DNA of 64,000 nucleotides from a virus: IMG/VR virus record IMGVR_UViG_3300032313_000500, positions 1 to 64,000 of that record; one strand, 5' to 3'. Shown piece by piece: positions 56,628 to 64,000 of this stretch (position 1 is its first letter; each line of letters starts with the position of its first letter). The notes under the pieces were generated by a model. It saw only the letters and a program-made list of their open reading frames with translations, ran no database searches and was not told where the DNA came from. The position numbers and the translations under genes were made by a program.

Positions 56628-56667
56628 AAAAACCCCGCTCATGCCTTCGGGTGTGGGCGGGGTTTTT
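56628..56667 (+). terminator. Intrinsic terminator after capsid gene (probably bidirectional)
   Basis: aaaaaccccgctcatgcc-TTCG-ggtgtgggcggggttttt: long stem, cUUCGg tetraloop, A and T tracts. Confidence 0.9.
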
Positions 56668-56712
56668 GCTATTTATGGCATAATTAGAACATGCCACCTT
56701 AGGGCTAATCCA

Positions 56713-56752
56713 GGAAATCCCTCGTCCTTGTTTTGAAGGCGGGGGATTTCTT
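56713..56752 (+). other. Second stem-loop downstream of the capsid terminator
   Basis: GAAATCCC-TCG-T-CCTT-gttttg-AAGG-CGG-GGGATTTC pairs with one bulge. Confidence 0.6.
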
Positions 56753-56809
56753 GTTTAACGGGAGTATCTGAGCCTTTTGCGTTTATGGACTACAATTTGT
56801 TCATGACAT

Positions 56810-56992
56810 ATGAAGTTGATTGTTGTGCCTAGAAGAGACGAAGACGAGCCATTGGATAAATACATCCAATACGTTAGTAAACTAAGAGGCACACCCGACG
56901 ATTTTGAGGATTGGGCGCTAGACAACAATGTTAAGTTGCCTGCTAAAAAGAAGACAAATAAACCAGAGGACAATTATGACGATACCCAGTGA
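56810..56992 (+). CDS. Small hypothetical protein
   Basis: 60 aa preceded by TACAAT; first gene of a coupled run. Confidence 0.55.
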   Translation: MKLIVVPRRDEDEPLDKYIQYVSKLRGTPDDFEDWALDNNVKLPAKKKTNKPEDNYDDTQ

Positions 56993-57173
56993 AGACGCTT
57001 TTAAAGACAAGGGAACATGGGATAGATGGAAGAAGAGAAATTCTCCCGGTAGGTCACCCGAAGAAACAATTAGGTCAATGGAAGCACCAGTTAATCCTTT
57101 CACAAACGACCCAAACAATCCCTTCACTATCCTAAAAAGAGAGCGGGAAATTAGAGAAGCGGGCGAACAGTGA
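56976..57173 (+). CDS. Small hypothetical protein
   Basis: GAGGA RBS before MTIPSEDAFKD. Confidence 0.55.
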   Translation: MTIPSEDAFKDKGTWDRWKKRNSPGRSPEETIRSMEAPVNPFTNDPNNPFTILKREREIREAGEQ

Positions 57174-57436
57174 TAATCAAGCCCGGCACCGACCCTGAAC
57201 AGGCTGCAAAAATAAGGGCTTCAATTAATAAACTCCATCAAGAGATTGAAGACTTCCTTACACTTTCTGACACTATTGAGTCAGAAAACCCCACGGGGGA
57301 CGCATGGAAGGCAGTGTGGGGACACGAAAATCCTGCTTTTGATGAGAACACAAAAGAAAGCCACGAACTAAAAGCAAGCATAGCAAAAATGCACGGCATG
57401 GACATTGGTGCCCAAAAACAAATTGAGGCAGAGTGA
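57170..57436 (+). CDS. Small hypothetical protein
   Basis: GTGA overlaps at both ends; 88 aa. Confidence 0.55.
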   Translation: MIIKPGTDPEQAAKIRASINKLHQEIEDFLTLSDTIESENPTGDAWKAVWGHENPAFDENTKESHELKASIAKMHGMDIGAQKQIEAE

Positions 57437-58224
57437 TGGATTCCATCTTTTCTTTTGATGAAAGCAAATGGTCTGTTTTTGATGTCGCGTACTCAATTGA
57501 ACTGAAAGAACAGTACCCAGAAATTTGGGCTATGTCTGGCGGCTCAAAGTCCGACTACGTGCACAGCGTCCTGTTGGAAGTGTTTGAAAATGGTGGGGTG
57601 GCTACGACCCCGGAACAAGCAGAAGTTCTTGAACTAAGAGAATCCTGGATTAACAGACATGTTTACGATAGTCAGCCAGCAGGTTATATTGCTCAAGTTA
57701 AATGGCTAGCCGTATCTTCCAACGGTGAAGCATGGCAGAAGAGAAAAATCAACGAAGAAGTTTCAAAATTTCATGCAAGAAACGAATGGCTTCTTGAAAA
57801 AGGTGGTCCATGCTGGCAGGGTTACAAACAGGTCGGAATGAAAAAGGGAAAAAGCGGAAAAATGGTTCCCAACTGTGTTCCGGTTGAGACCAAAAGTGCG
57901 CAATTAAAAAACCCCAAAGGTGGGCTTACTGCCGCTGGTAGAAAATTCTTCAAGAGAACCGAAGGCTCAAATCTAAAACCGGGCGTAAAAGGTGCTGCTG
58001 ACACCCCGGAAAAGATGCGTAGAAAAGGTTCATTCCTGACTAGATTCTTCACCAACCCATCAGGACCGATGAAAGACGACAAGGGACGCCCTACGCGTCT
58101 TGCTCTTTCTGCTGCAGCATGGGGAGAACCAGTGCCTCAGGACGCCTCAGACGCCGCTGCGCTGGCCGCTAAGGGCCGCAGAATGCTTGATAGGTACGAG
58201 AGAGCAAAGAAGGCCAAAAAATGA
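57433..58224 (+). CDS. Three-module phage protein (helical domain + PCWQGY..VPNCVP + DUF6321-like domain)
   Basis: QYPEIW..RESWINRH..AQVKW; GPCWQGYKQVGMK..KMVPNCVP; KNPKGGLTAAGR..RRKGSFLTRF..PTRLALSAAAW. Modules recalled from environmental phages. Confidence 0.55.
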   Translation: MMDSIFSFDESKWSVFDVAYSIELKEQYPEIWAMSGGSKSDYVHSVLLEVFENGGVATTPEQAEVLELRESWINRHVYDSQPAGYIAQVKWLAVSSNGEAWQKRKINEEVSKFHARNEWLLEKGGPCWQGYKQVGMKKGKSGKMVPNCVPVETKSAQLKNPKGGLTAAGRKFFKRTEGSNLKPGVKGAADTPEKMRRKGSFLTRFFTNPSGPMKDDKGRPTRLALSAAAWGEPVPQDASDAAALAAKGRRMLDRYERAKKAKK

Positions 58225-58673
58225 CTACATGGGGCGAATACAAGGGCGAGATAAAAGGTTTTAGGTTTGAAACAAAAGCAGACAAGAAATGCCCTCCAGC
58301 AACACAGGACATTTCGGTAAACATAAAGAACCGTCAAAAGGCAATCAAGTCTGCGGCATATGGTCCTTTAAACCCTAAAGAGACAAACGATAAATTTTGG
58401 CAAGAAAAAGCAGACAGATGGGACGTCTCTATCCCCTCAGCAAAAAAGCAGAAGTGTGGAAACTGTATTCTCTTCGTACGCTCGCCAAGAATCCTTGACT
58501 GCATTGAGACAGGACTCGGGAACGAGTCTGGCGCAGCGTGGGACGTAATTGAAGCAGGAAAGATTGGATACTGCGAAGCGTTTGACTTCAAGTGCCATGC
58601 CGAACGAACATGCGATGCATGGGTCGTAGGTGGACCAACCGTAACGGACAACGACAGTCGGAAACCAGACTAA
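58221..58673 (+). CDS. Cys-rich conserved phage protein
   Basis: CPPATQDI..NRQKAI..YGPLNP..CGNC..GYC..FKC..RTCDAW. Confidence 0.6.
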   Translation: MTTWGEYKGEIKGFRFETKADKKCPPATQDISVNIKNRQKAIKSAAYGPLNPKETNDKFWQEKADRWDVSIPSAKKQKCGNCILFVRSPRILDCIETGLGNESGAAWDVIEAGKIGYCEAFDFKCHAERTCDAWVVGGPTVTDNDSRKPD

Positions 58674-59077
58674 TGACGAACGAAAGATTCTGGTACGGAG
58701 CAACCCTGTTAAAAGTTATTGATGGTGACACAATTGAACTCATGATTGACCTTGGTTTCAATATCCATCACAAGATTCGTGTTCGTCTTTATGGGGTAAA
58801 TACGCCAGAATCACGCACAAAAGACCTTGCTGAAAAAGAAATGGGCCTAAAGGCTAAGAGTTTCACCCAAGACTGGCTTACTAATCACAAGTGGGTATTC
58901 GTTAATACCATCCCCGATAAGAACGACAAATACGGGCGTATTTTGGCTCGTATTTTTTCTTCGGACGATATTGATGACCCAACTACTGCTTGTCTTAATA
59001 AAGACATAATCCAGTCTGGCTACGCCCGTGAATACTTCGGCGTTGGCGATAAGACTTGGACTGAGTTTAAGAAATAA
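58673..59077 (+). CDS. Thermonuclease (SNase/micrococcal nuclease family)
   Basis: KVIDGDTI, RVRLYGVNTPE and DKYGRILA; TAATG-coupled start at 58673. Confidence 0.88.
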   Translation: MTNERFWYGATLLKVIDGDTIELMIDLGFNIHHKIRVRLYGVNTPESRTKDLAEKEMGLKAKSFTQDWLTNHKWVFVNTIPDKNDKYGRILARIFSSDDIDDPTTACLNKDIIQSGYAREYFGVGDKTWTEFKK

Positions 59078-59112
59078 AAAACCCCGCCCCAATTAAGGAG
59101 CGGGAGTTTTTT
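59075..59112. terminator. Bidirectional terminator between convergent genes
   Basis: aaaaaaccccgcccc-aattaa-ggagcgggagtttttt: imperfect GC stem flanked by A and T tracts. Confidence 0.75.
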
Positions 59113-59136
59113 AATAAGTTTTTAGACTGTTAGTTT

Positions 59137-59763
59137 TTAGACTGTGGTTCCATCCCAGTCAAGAGGAGCACCTGCATCGGAACTTGCCTGAACTGTAATT
59201 ACTACACCAAGGTTTGCACCAGCAACGGTTGAACCAACCTGAGTCACTGCTACGGTCACCAATTGACCTGCAGCAAATGCGGCGGGTGAAGCAGACGTCG
59301 CTGTTGCGCTTGCGCCTGCAGCAACTGCTGCTGACGATACGTTTGGCTTTGTTCTGACATATCCGAATGTTGTGGTTGAGGCAACTGCACTGATTACATA
59401 TGTTCCATCAAATGGCGCACCTACGTTATCTACGGTCACTGTGTCGCCCACTGCGTAACCATGAACTGCTGAAGTTGTAAGGGTTGCAACGTTTGATGTG
59501 AGTGCCTTGTTTGTGATGGTGAATGCACCAGTGCTGAGGGTGAAGTCTCCGCTTGTTCCTGAGGCGGCGATTGAGAGTCTTCCCAAAACTCCGTCATTGG
59601 CAACAAGGGTGGCGGTAAGAGCCGCACCCGTAGGGGCGGTACCTACGGCAGCAGTTGCTCCCGTAACGTATCCCTTGAATGGCATACGAAACACGGCAGT
59701 GCTGGAAGTGGCGAGTGTACCTGTGATGTTGGCACTAAGAATTGCTGGTGTGCTAATTGACAT
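59137..59763 (-). CDS. Ala/Thr-rich beta protein, probable capsid decoration or accessory virion protein
   Basis: AAVGTAPTGAALT..VTVAVTQVGSTVAGANL shell with an inserted HGYAVGDTVTV..FDGTYVIS..TTTF module; AAGGAG RBS. Confidence 0.5.
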   Translation of the reverse strand: MSISTPAILSANITGTLATSSTAVFRMPFKGYVTGATAAVGTAPTGAALTATLVANDGVLGRLSIAASGTSGDFTLSTGAFTITNKALTSNVATLTTSAVHGYAVGDTVTVDNVGAPFDGTYVISAVASTTTFGYVRTKPNVSSAAVAAGASATATSASPAAFAAGQLVTVAVTQVGSTVAGANLGVVITVQASSDAGAPLDWDGTTV

Positions 59764-59841
59764 TTATGTCTCCTTGGAGTTGTTGGCGCTAATGCCCTTG
59801 TTCTAAATAATACATCAGACTGTGGCTTGGCGTAGCAATAA

Positions 59842-61884
59842 TTACTGGTTGTCTTTAATAAATTTTATTTCGCATGAATCCGTTGTGCAGTAAGACTCCC
59901 CGATTGCATCGGCAGCCATTCCTGCATATACGCCCGTGAAGTCAATAGGAAATAATGATTTACCTGCCTCTTCATAGACGCTCTGCTCTATCTGTGTGTA
60001 CGGCATTTGCGGATAGGTGAAGTTTCCTTGGGGCAAGAACGACACAGTCTTTAATTGACCGTCATACATGTGGAGTACGGTGCCGATGTGTTCTTTTTCT
60101 TTCTCTGCGTCAAAGGAAATCGTAACTGACACCGAGTTGTCCGACCAGTAGCGTTGTGCAACTGCTGCTAGTGACATCTTTTCAAAGATTGTTACGTCCT
60201 TTTCGGAGCGACGTGCGTCTGACTTGATTGGGAAGAACACAACAGAGGTCGTCTCAGGCGATTCAGAGGCAGGCTCAACTCTGTAGTTGGCCATCTTGAA
60301 CAGCGGAAGCATTGGGTCGTCGTTAGAGAACCGGATTGCTCTGTCAAAATACTCACCACCTGGAGTCCAATGAACCCCAGGAGACTCGCCGGCGAGAATT
60401 GAAACAGTTCCCGAAGGCTTTACTGTTGTCATCTTGATTGATTCACGAATTCCAAGCCACTCAGAGTAAGAAACGTCATAATTCTTTACTGTGTTGTACC
60501 CAGTGTCCATCCATTCACGAAGAACTGGCATTCCTACACGGTCAGCGAAGTTAGCAACACCGGACATTGAAGTACCGATGCGACGATTGCGTTGCATGAT
60601 TGCGTTTGTCTCTTCCCAGTGGGTAGGAAGAAGCGTTACGGTCTTTGCGTAGAGATATGCAAACTTCAAGGTTCGCTTGTAGTCATCTAATGAATCGTGA
60701 CGATTGAGGTATGTCTCCACGAGAGTACAGCACTCATATGACTCAAGAGATTGTTCTGCACATGGGTTATATCCAGCAACACGCCAGTCTTTGTTGTTTG
60801 CAGGGTCTGCAAGACGGCCGTATTTACGAGACATATCAAGCCAGATGACTCCTGGCTCTCCATTGAGAGCGATTCCGTCAACAATCTTGGAAAGGTCTTT
60901 ACCTACAGAAGTTTCTACAGAGTTGTTGGACATCCAACCCCAACCGAGAGATTCTGGGTCGTACGAGTTGCGCGCAGGAAACACTGACGAGTTCTTTAGG
61001 TTAAGGAACTCATCGTCATCCAAACTGCCAATTAGTAATTCTGCAGAACGACGTACGTTTCCAGAAACAACACAAACACCAATCATGTTTCCGATGTCTG
61101 CGATATCAACTTTTGTAACTAATTGACCATTGCGGTTTTTAAACATTTTTCTAATGTAGTTGTGCAGTCGCTCTAACGAAGCGTGACCAGCAGCCGTACC
61201 ACCAAAAGTTTTAATAGGTGTTCCTGCAGGGCGAATTAGTGAATAATCAAAGACGATTGGTGCCTGGTCCTGCTTTAAGTAAGAGTTAATCAACATACTC
61301 ACAGATGTAACCCAACCTTCTCGGCTGTCTTCAATTACTTCAGTAACTACTGGTTTTGTTGGCTCATAGATAGTGAAATCTTTTTCTGCACCCTTGTTGT
61401 CAAATCCAACACCGACACCAAGCATTGATGCTTCCATAAGAAACGCAAAAGGCTTTGCAGGGTTGTTCTTTGTCATTTCAGATGTTGATACAAATGCACA
61501 GTTCTGTAATGCAGCAGAGTTTTTCTGAACATTGACTAACGGAGTCCCCATAACCCACAAGCCACGACCAGGTGGAGTCCACTTCAGGTTAAACAAACGG
61601 TCAAACGCTTCTTTTGCAGATGCTTGTGCTTTGGAGTCATTCCAGGGTAGACGATTTGTTTTGCAGTGGTCTTTCTGCAGGGAGTACATACCGTTGATTA
61701 CGCGTTCACAAACATCTGACCATGTTTCTTTTGTTCCGTCTTCTTTTAAGCGCGAATAAGTACGCAAAAAAGTTATTTCTCCTACAGAGTTACCACCGGC
61801 ATCAACATAACCAAATGGTGCTTTTCTAGTTCTGTACGAACTAATAAAATCTTCTGATAAACGGAATGTGAAAAATGAAGACAC
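59842..61884 (-). CDS. nrdJ: Class II (adenosylcobalamin-dependent) ribonucleotide reductase, monomeric RTPR type
   Basis: TFLRTYSR, PPGRGLW, LQNCAF, GNVRRSAE, GYNPCAEQ, RRIGTSMSG and TTVKPSGTVS; no intein evident. Confidence 0.93.
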   Translation of the reverse strand: MSSFFTFRLSEDFISSYRTRKAPFGYVDAGGNSVGEITFLRTYSRLKEDGTKETWSDVCERVINGMYSLQKDHCKTNRLPWNDSKAQASAKEAFDRLFNLKWTPPGRGLWVMGTPLVNVQKNSAALQNCAFVSTSEMTKNNPAKPFAFLMEASMLGVGVGFDNKGAEKDFTIYEPTKPVVTEVIEDSREGWVTSVSMLINSYLKQDQAPIVFDYSLIRPAGTPIKTFGGTAAGHASLERLHNYIRKMFKNRNGQLVTKVDIADIGNMIGVCVVSGNVRRSAELLIGSLDDDEFLNLKNSSVFPARNSYDPESLGWGWMSNNSVETSVGKDLSKIVDGIALNGEPGVIWLDMSRKYGRLADPANNKDWRVAGYNPCAEQSLESYECCTLVETYLNRHDSLDDYKRTLKFAYLYAKTVTLLPTHWEETNAIMQRNRRIGTSMSGVANFADRVGMPVLREWMDTGYNTVKNYDVSYSEWLGIRESIKMTTVKPSGTVSILAGESPGVHWTPGGEYFDRAIRFSNDDPMLPLFKMANYRVEPASESPETTSVVFFPIKSDARRSEKDVTIFEKMSLAAVAQRYWSDNSVSVTISFDAEKEKEHIGTVLHMYDGQLKTVSFLPQGNFTYPQMPYTQIEQSVYEEAGKSLFPIDFTGVYAGMAADAIGESYCTTDSCEIKFIKDNQ

Positions 61885-61954
61885 TCGCTTGTTCCTCTTT
61901 CTAATTGTATGTTTAGGAAATCAATCATACAACCAACACTCCGTTTACCCCTGT

Positions 61955-62272
61955 CTAAGCAATGCCCAAATTTTTAGCCGCTTCAAGTGTCACGTATGAA
62001 CCTTTGTGATGAATAATTACACGTGCTTTTGTGAATGGAGTTATTTGACGGTCTTCGTAGATGTCTTCTTCTACTAAAAACGTCTGCAGTTCTTTTAATG
62101 TTTCAATAACTCCGGTAAGTCCAACAATTTTTTGCGGTGGGCCACTTTCTCCGTCGCAATCACCTGTAGGGTGTCCGCAAACTGGACAAGGTTGACGAGT
62201 TGCTCTTAGAATGGATATTCCATTTCCAAGTTCCTCATTTGCTGAATCTCTAAACATGCCCAATTTTATCAC
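61955..62272 (-). CDS. Hypothetical protein with CPVCGHPTGDC metal-binding motif
   Basis: CxxCxH..C motif; start uncertain (GTG 62272 or an internal ATG). Confidence 0.55.
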   Translation of the reverse strand: MIKLGMFRDSANEELGNGISILRATRQPCPVCGHPTGDCDGESGPPQKIVGLTGVIETLKELQTFLVEEDIYEDRQITPFTKARVIIHHKGSYVTLEAAKNLGIA

Positions 62273-62344
62273 GCCCCTGTCGTCTACTGGTTAGGACGCG
62301 ACTCTTATAAGGTCGTTAAGGTGGTTCAATTCCACCCAGGGGTA
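62273..62344 (+). tRNA. tRNA with UAU anticodon (tRNA-Ile, reading AUA)
   Basis: Cloverleaf by hand: acceptor GCCCCTG/CAGGGGT, D arm GTCT-ACTGGTTA-GGAC, anticodon arm CGACT-CT TAT AA-GGTCG, T arm GGTGG-TTCAATT-CCACC, discriminator A. CCA is not encoded (CTA follows). Confidence 0.9.
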
Positions 62345-62980
62345 CTAGTAGAAAATCTGAAGATGAAAGCCTAAGTTATTGATTGCTTCTGCTGCTTCAT
62401 CTTCGTCTTTTTCATTGACAATGTATTGCTCCATTACAGTCTTGTATAAAAGTGCTGGATAACTCTTGTCACGCAGTGTTCTTACTGCCCCATCCGGGTA
62501 AACGGTAATTGGCTTGAAAATCATTCTGTTTTTTGCCAAGTATTCGTAAGCAATGGAAACGAGGGTTAGTTCCGCTCCGCCCATCTCGTCGTTTTCTGCA
62601 TGGGTTACGGTTATACACTCGCTTACACCGGTAGTTTCATCAAGAAACGCTTTCTGAAGGTCAAGTCCTCTTGTTTTTTCCACGTCCGGAGAACAGTAAC
62701 CCTCTGCCACCATTGAAATACTGTCAATATCCCAAAAACCTTTAAGAATCCCAAGCATCGCTGCGCATCTTTGGAGCCTGTCTATTGGCTTTTCTTTCAT
62801 GTGCTTCTGGCTCAACTGGACAATGGCTAAAACTTTGCCTTCTTTCCATCCAATAAAATTGAACGCCAAATCTTCCCCGACTCCTGCTTCACTAACAAAA
62901 CCCTGTTTTGCTAATTGAGCAGACGTCAAGGCTAATGCTATTTTTGAAAATTCGTCTGGGTATAAATCATCCACGCCCAC
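62345..62980 (-). CDS. Hypothetical protein
   Basis: 211-aa ORF; no recognised family. Confidence 0.6.
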   Translation of the reverse strand: MGVDDLYPDEFSKIALALTSAQLAKQGFVSEAGVGEDLAFNFIGWKEGKVLAIVQLSQKHMKEKPIDRLQRCAAMLGILKGFWDIDSISMVAEGYCSPDVEKTRGLDLQKAFLDETTGVSECITVTHAENDEMGGAELTLVSIAYEYLAKNRMIFKPITVYPDGAVRTLRDKSYPALLYKTVMEQYIVNEKDEDEAAEAINNLGFHLQIFY

Positions 62981-62996
62981 ACGTTAGCCCACTCAG

Positions 62997-63005
62997 TGGT
63001 ATAGT
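62997..63005 (+). promoter_or_regulatory. Extended -10 element TGGTATAGT
   Basis: TGnTAnnnT match in the divergent gap, about 48 nt upstream of the histone-like gene. Confidence 0.5.
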
Positions 63006-63052
63006 CGGGGATGTCCCATGAGGCCAAAAATCTTAACAAAGAAAGACAAGAC

Positions 63053-63343
63053 ATGAGTAAGCAACCAGCAAAGAAAACAGCAGCCAAGAAGACGGCAGCA
63101 AAAAAAACTGCTCCTAAAAAGAAGGCTGCTCCTAAAAAGAAGGCTGCAGCAAAAAAGGCAGACCCAGTCAAGCGCGCGTATAACAAAGTTGAAAAAGTTG
63201 CAAAGGAAAATGGTATTGATTTTGATACCTACGAAGAGAAGGCAATTGAAGTCATTGAAGATGCTTCAGAAAAAGTAGTTGCTGAATTCGTTAAAAATCG
63301 CAAGGGAATCATAAGTAAACTTTTTGCTTGGATTAAGAAGTAA
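63053..63343 (+). CDS. Histone-like Lys/Ala-rich protein
   Basis: PAKKTAAKKTAAKKTAPKKKAAPKKKAAAKK repeats followed by an acidic and then an amphipathic helix. Confidence 0.7.
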   Translation: MSKQPAKKTAAKKTAAKKTAPKKKAAPKKKAAAKKADPVKRAYNKVEKVAKENGIDFDTYEEKAIEVIEDASEKVVAEFVKNRKGIISKLFAWIKK

Positions 63344-63356
63344 AAAAAACTACTCA

Positions 63357-63400
63357 AAATAACCCCTAGGGCGAAAATTTGTTCGCCTCGGGGGTTGTTT
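63357..63400 (+). terminator. Intrinsic terminator-like hairpin
   Basis: AAATAACCCC-TAG-GGCGAA-aatttg-TTCGCC-TCG-GGGGTTGTTT followed by a T-rich run. Confidence 0.7.
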
Positions 63401-63447
63401 TATTTATACGCCTAGGTACGCTTTCTTTTAATAAAGGAAGGTCTCAG

Positions 63448-63666
63448 ATGGCAAGAACACATGGCAACAAAGAGTTTGCCGCCGTAGTAAAAGAGATTGA
63501 ACGCATCGGCTTCAGGGTTGAACAGACCAAGCGTGGCGTCTACAAGATTTACCCCCCACTAAGTATTGGTGGGCGTATGTACACAACCCACGGAACACCA
63601 AAGGCGATGAAAGCCATCAAAAGCGAGTTTCGCAAAATCTACGGCATTGACTTGGCCTCAATATGA
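63448..63666 (+). CDS. HicA-like small protein
   Basis: AAGGAAGG RBS; VKEIERIGFRVEQTKRGVYKIYPP..TTHGTP has the HicA-type alpha-beta-beta-beta-alpha pattern. Confidence 0.5.
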   Translation: MARTHGNKEFAAVVKEIERIGFRVEQTKRGVYKIYPPLSIGGRMYTTHGTPKAMKAIKSEFRKIYGIDLASI

Positions 63667-64000
63667 TTTACCCAGAAAAAGAAATGTATAGCATTCTGGA
63701 GCCGCAACCCCCTGAAGTTAGGCTCACAGCGGAGCCACTTCTTGCTCTTTTCAAGATTGAGGGCTCAGATAACGGTATTTCCAACCTGGCAATGCGTTTA
63801 GGAACTGAACGCAACTCCCTGTACAGGTGGATAGAAAACGGGATTGACCTTAGGAACGCCGAACGCATGGCTGAAAAAATCAACACGCACCCTTCTTTGA
63901 TTTGGGGTCCTGAATATCACATCGCAACCTACATGGAGCAAAATCGTCAAACAATAATGGCGCGTAGAAAACGTGAAAAACTCGTTATCCGTCGTTCTAT
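63663..64000 (+). CDS. Helix-turn-helix protein (partial, runs off window)
   Basis: ATGA overlap; MIYPEKEM..ISNLAMRLGTERNSLYRWIENGIDLRNAERMAEKINTHPSLIWG, open to base 64000. Not in the ORF track. Confidence 0.7.
   Translation, partial: MIYPEKEMYSILEPQPPEVRLTAEPLLALFKIEGSDNGISNLAMRLGTERNSLYRWIENGIDLRNAERMAEKINTHPSLIWGPEYHIATYMEQNRQTIMARRKREKLVIRRS

Noticed and set aside
16228-59830. Possible phage-specific promoter TTGC[AT][AC]-N19-21-TAnnnT seen at ~16235-16265 (-), 28584-28615 (+), ~30966-31000 (+) and ~59805-59836 (-)
   Set aside because: Only four loose matches with variable spacing; cannot be told from chance or ordinary sigma-70-type promoters without motif statistics and transcription start data.
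27255-61884. Inteins or introns in terL, portal or nrdJ
   Set aside because: Lengths and motif spacing are normal; no C/S...HN-C/S/T splice signature or LAGLIDADG motif seen.

Overview
This is a 64 kb piece of a large tailed-phage genome with a contractile tail and an HK97-type head, cut mid-gene at both ends; the host is not determinable from the sequence. The minus strand (1-28.6 kb) carries fibre and baseplate genes, a tape measure protein ending in an M15-type peptidase, a tail chaperone pair with a likely -1 frameshift, tube, sheath and neck genes. It continues with a ParB/PAPS-reductase (IbrAB-like) module, recombination genes (RuvC-like, HNH, RecB-type exonuclease, Rad52-like) and the large terminase. 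The plus strand (28.6-59 kb) carries the portal, a 2290-aa prohead protease fusion and the major capsid protein (MCP). The right end holds a class II ribonucleotide reductase (RNR), a tRNA with a UAU anticodon and small early-type genes. The standout is the ~24 kb between portal and capsid gene: five large proteins bearing kinase, pseudokinase, ADP-ribosyltransferase (ART)-like, zeta-toxin-like and HExxH protease domains. They share a leader rich in x-x-K|[SAG] sites and a common entry module: Lys site, then an Arg/Gly-rich segment, then DGDGDG or RCPxG..RFT..C. Four of them also carry a recurrent G-[FLM]-x-S-[RS]-x linker that is found in the tape measure protein too. I infer a protease-processed, capsid-packaged multi-effector cargo system. 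All family assignments are motif recognition by eye, not database searches.
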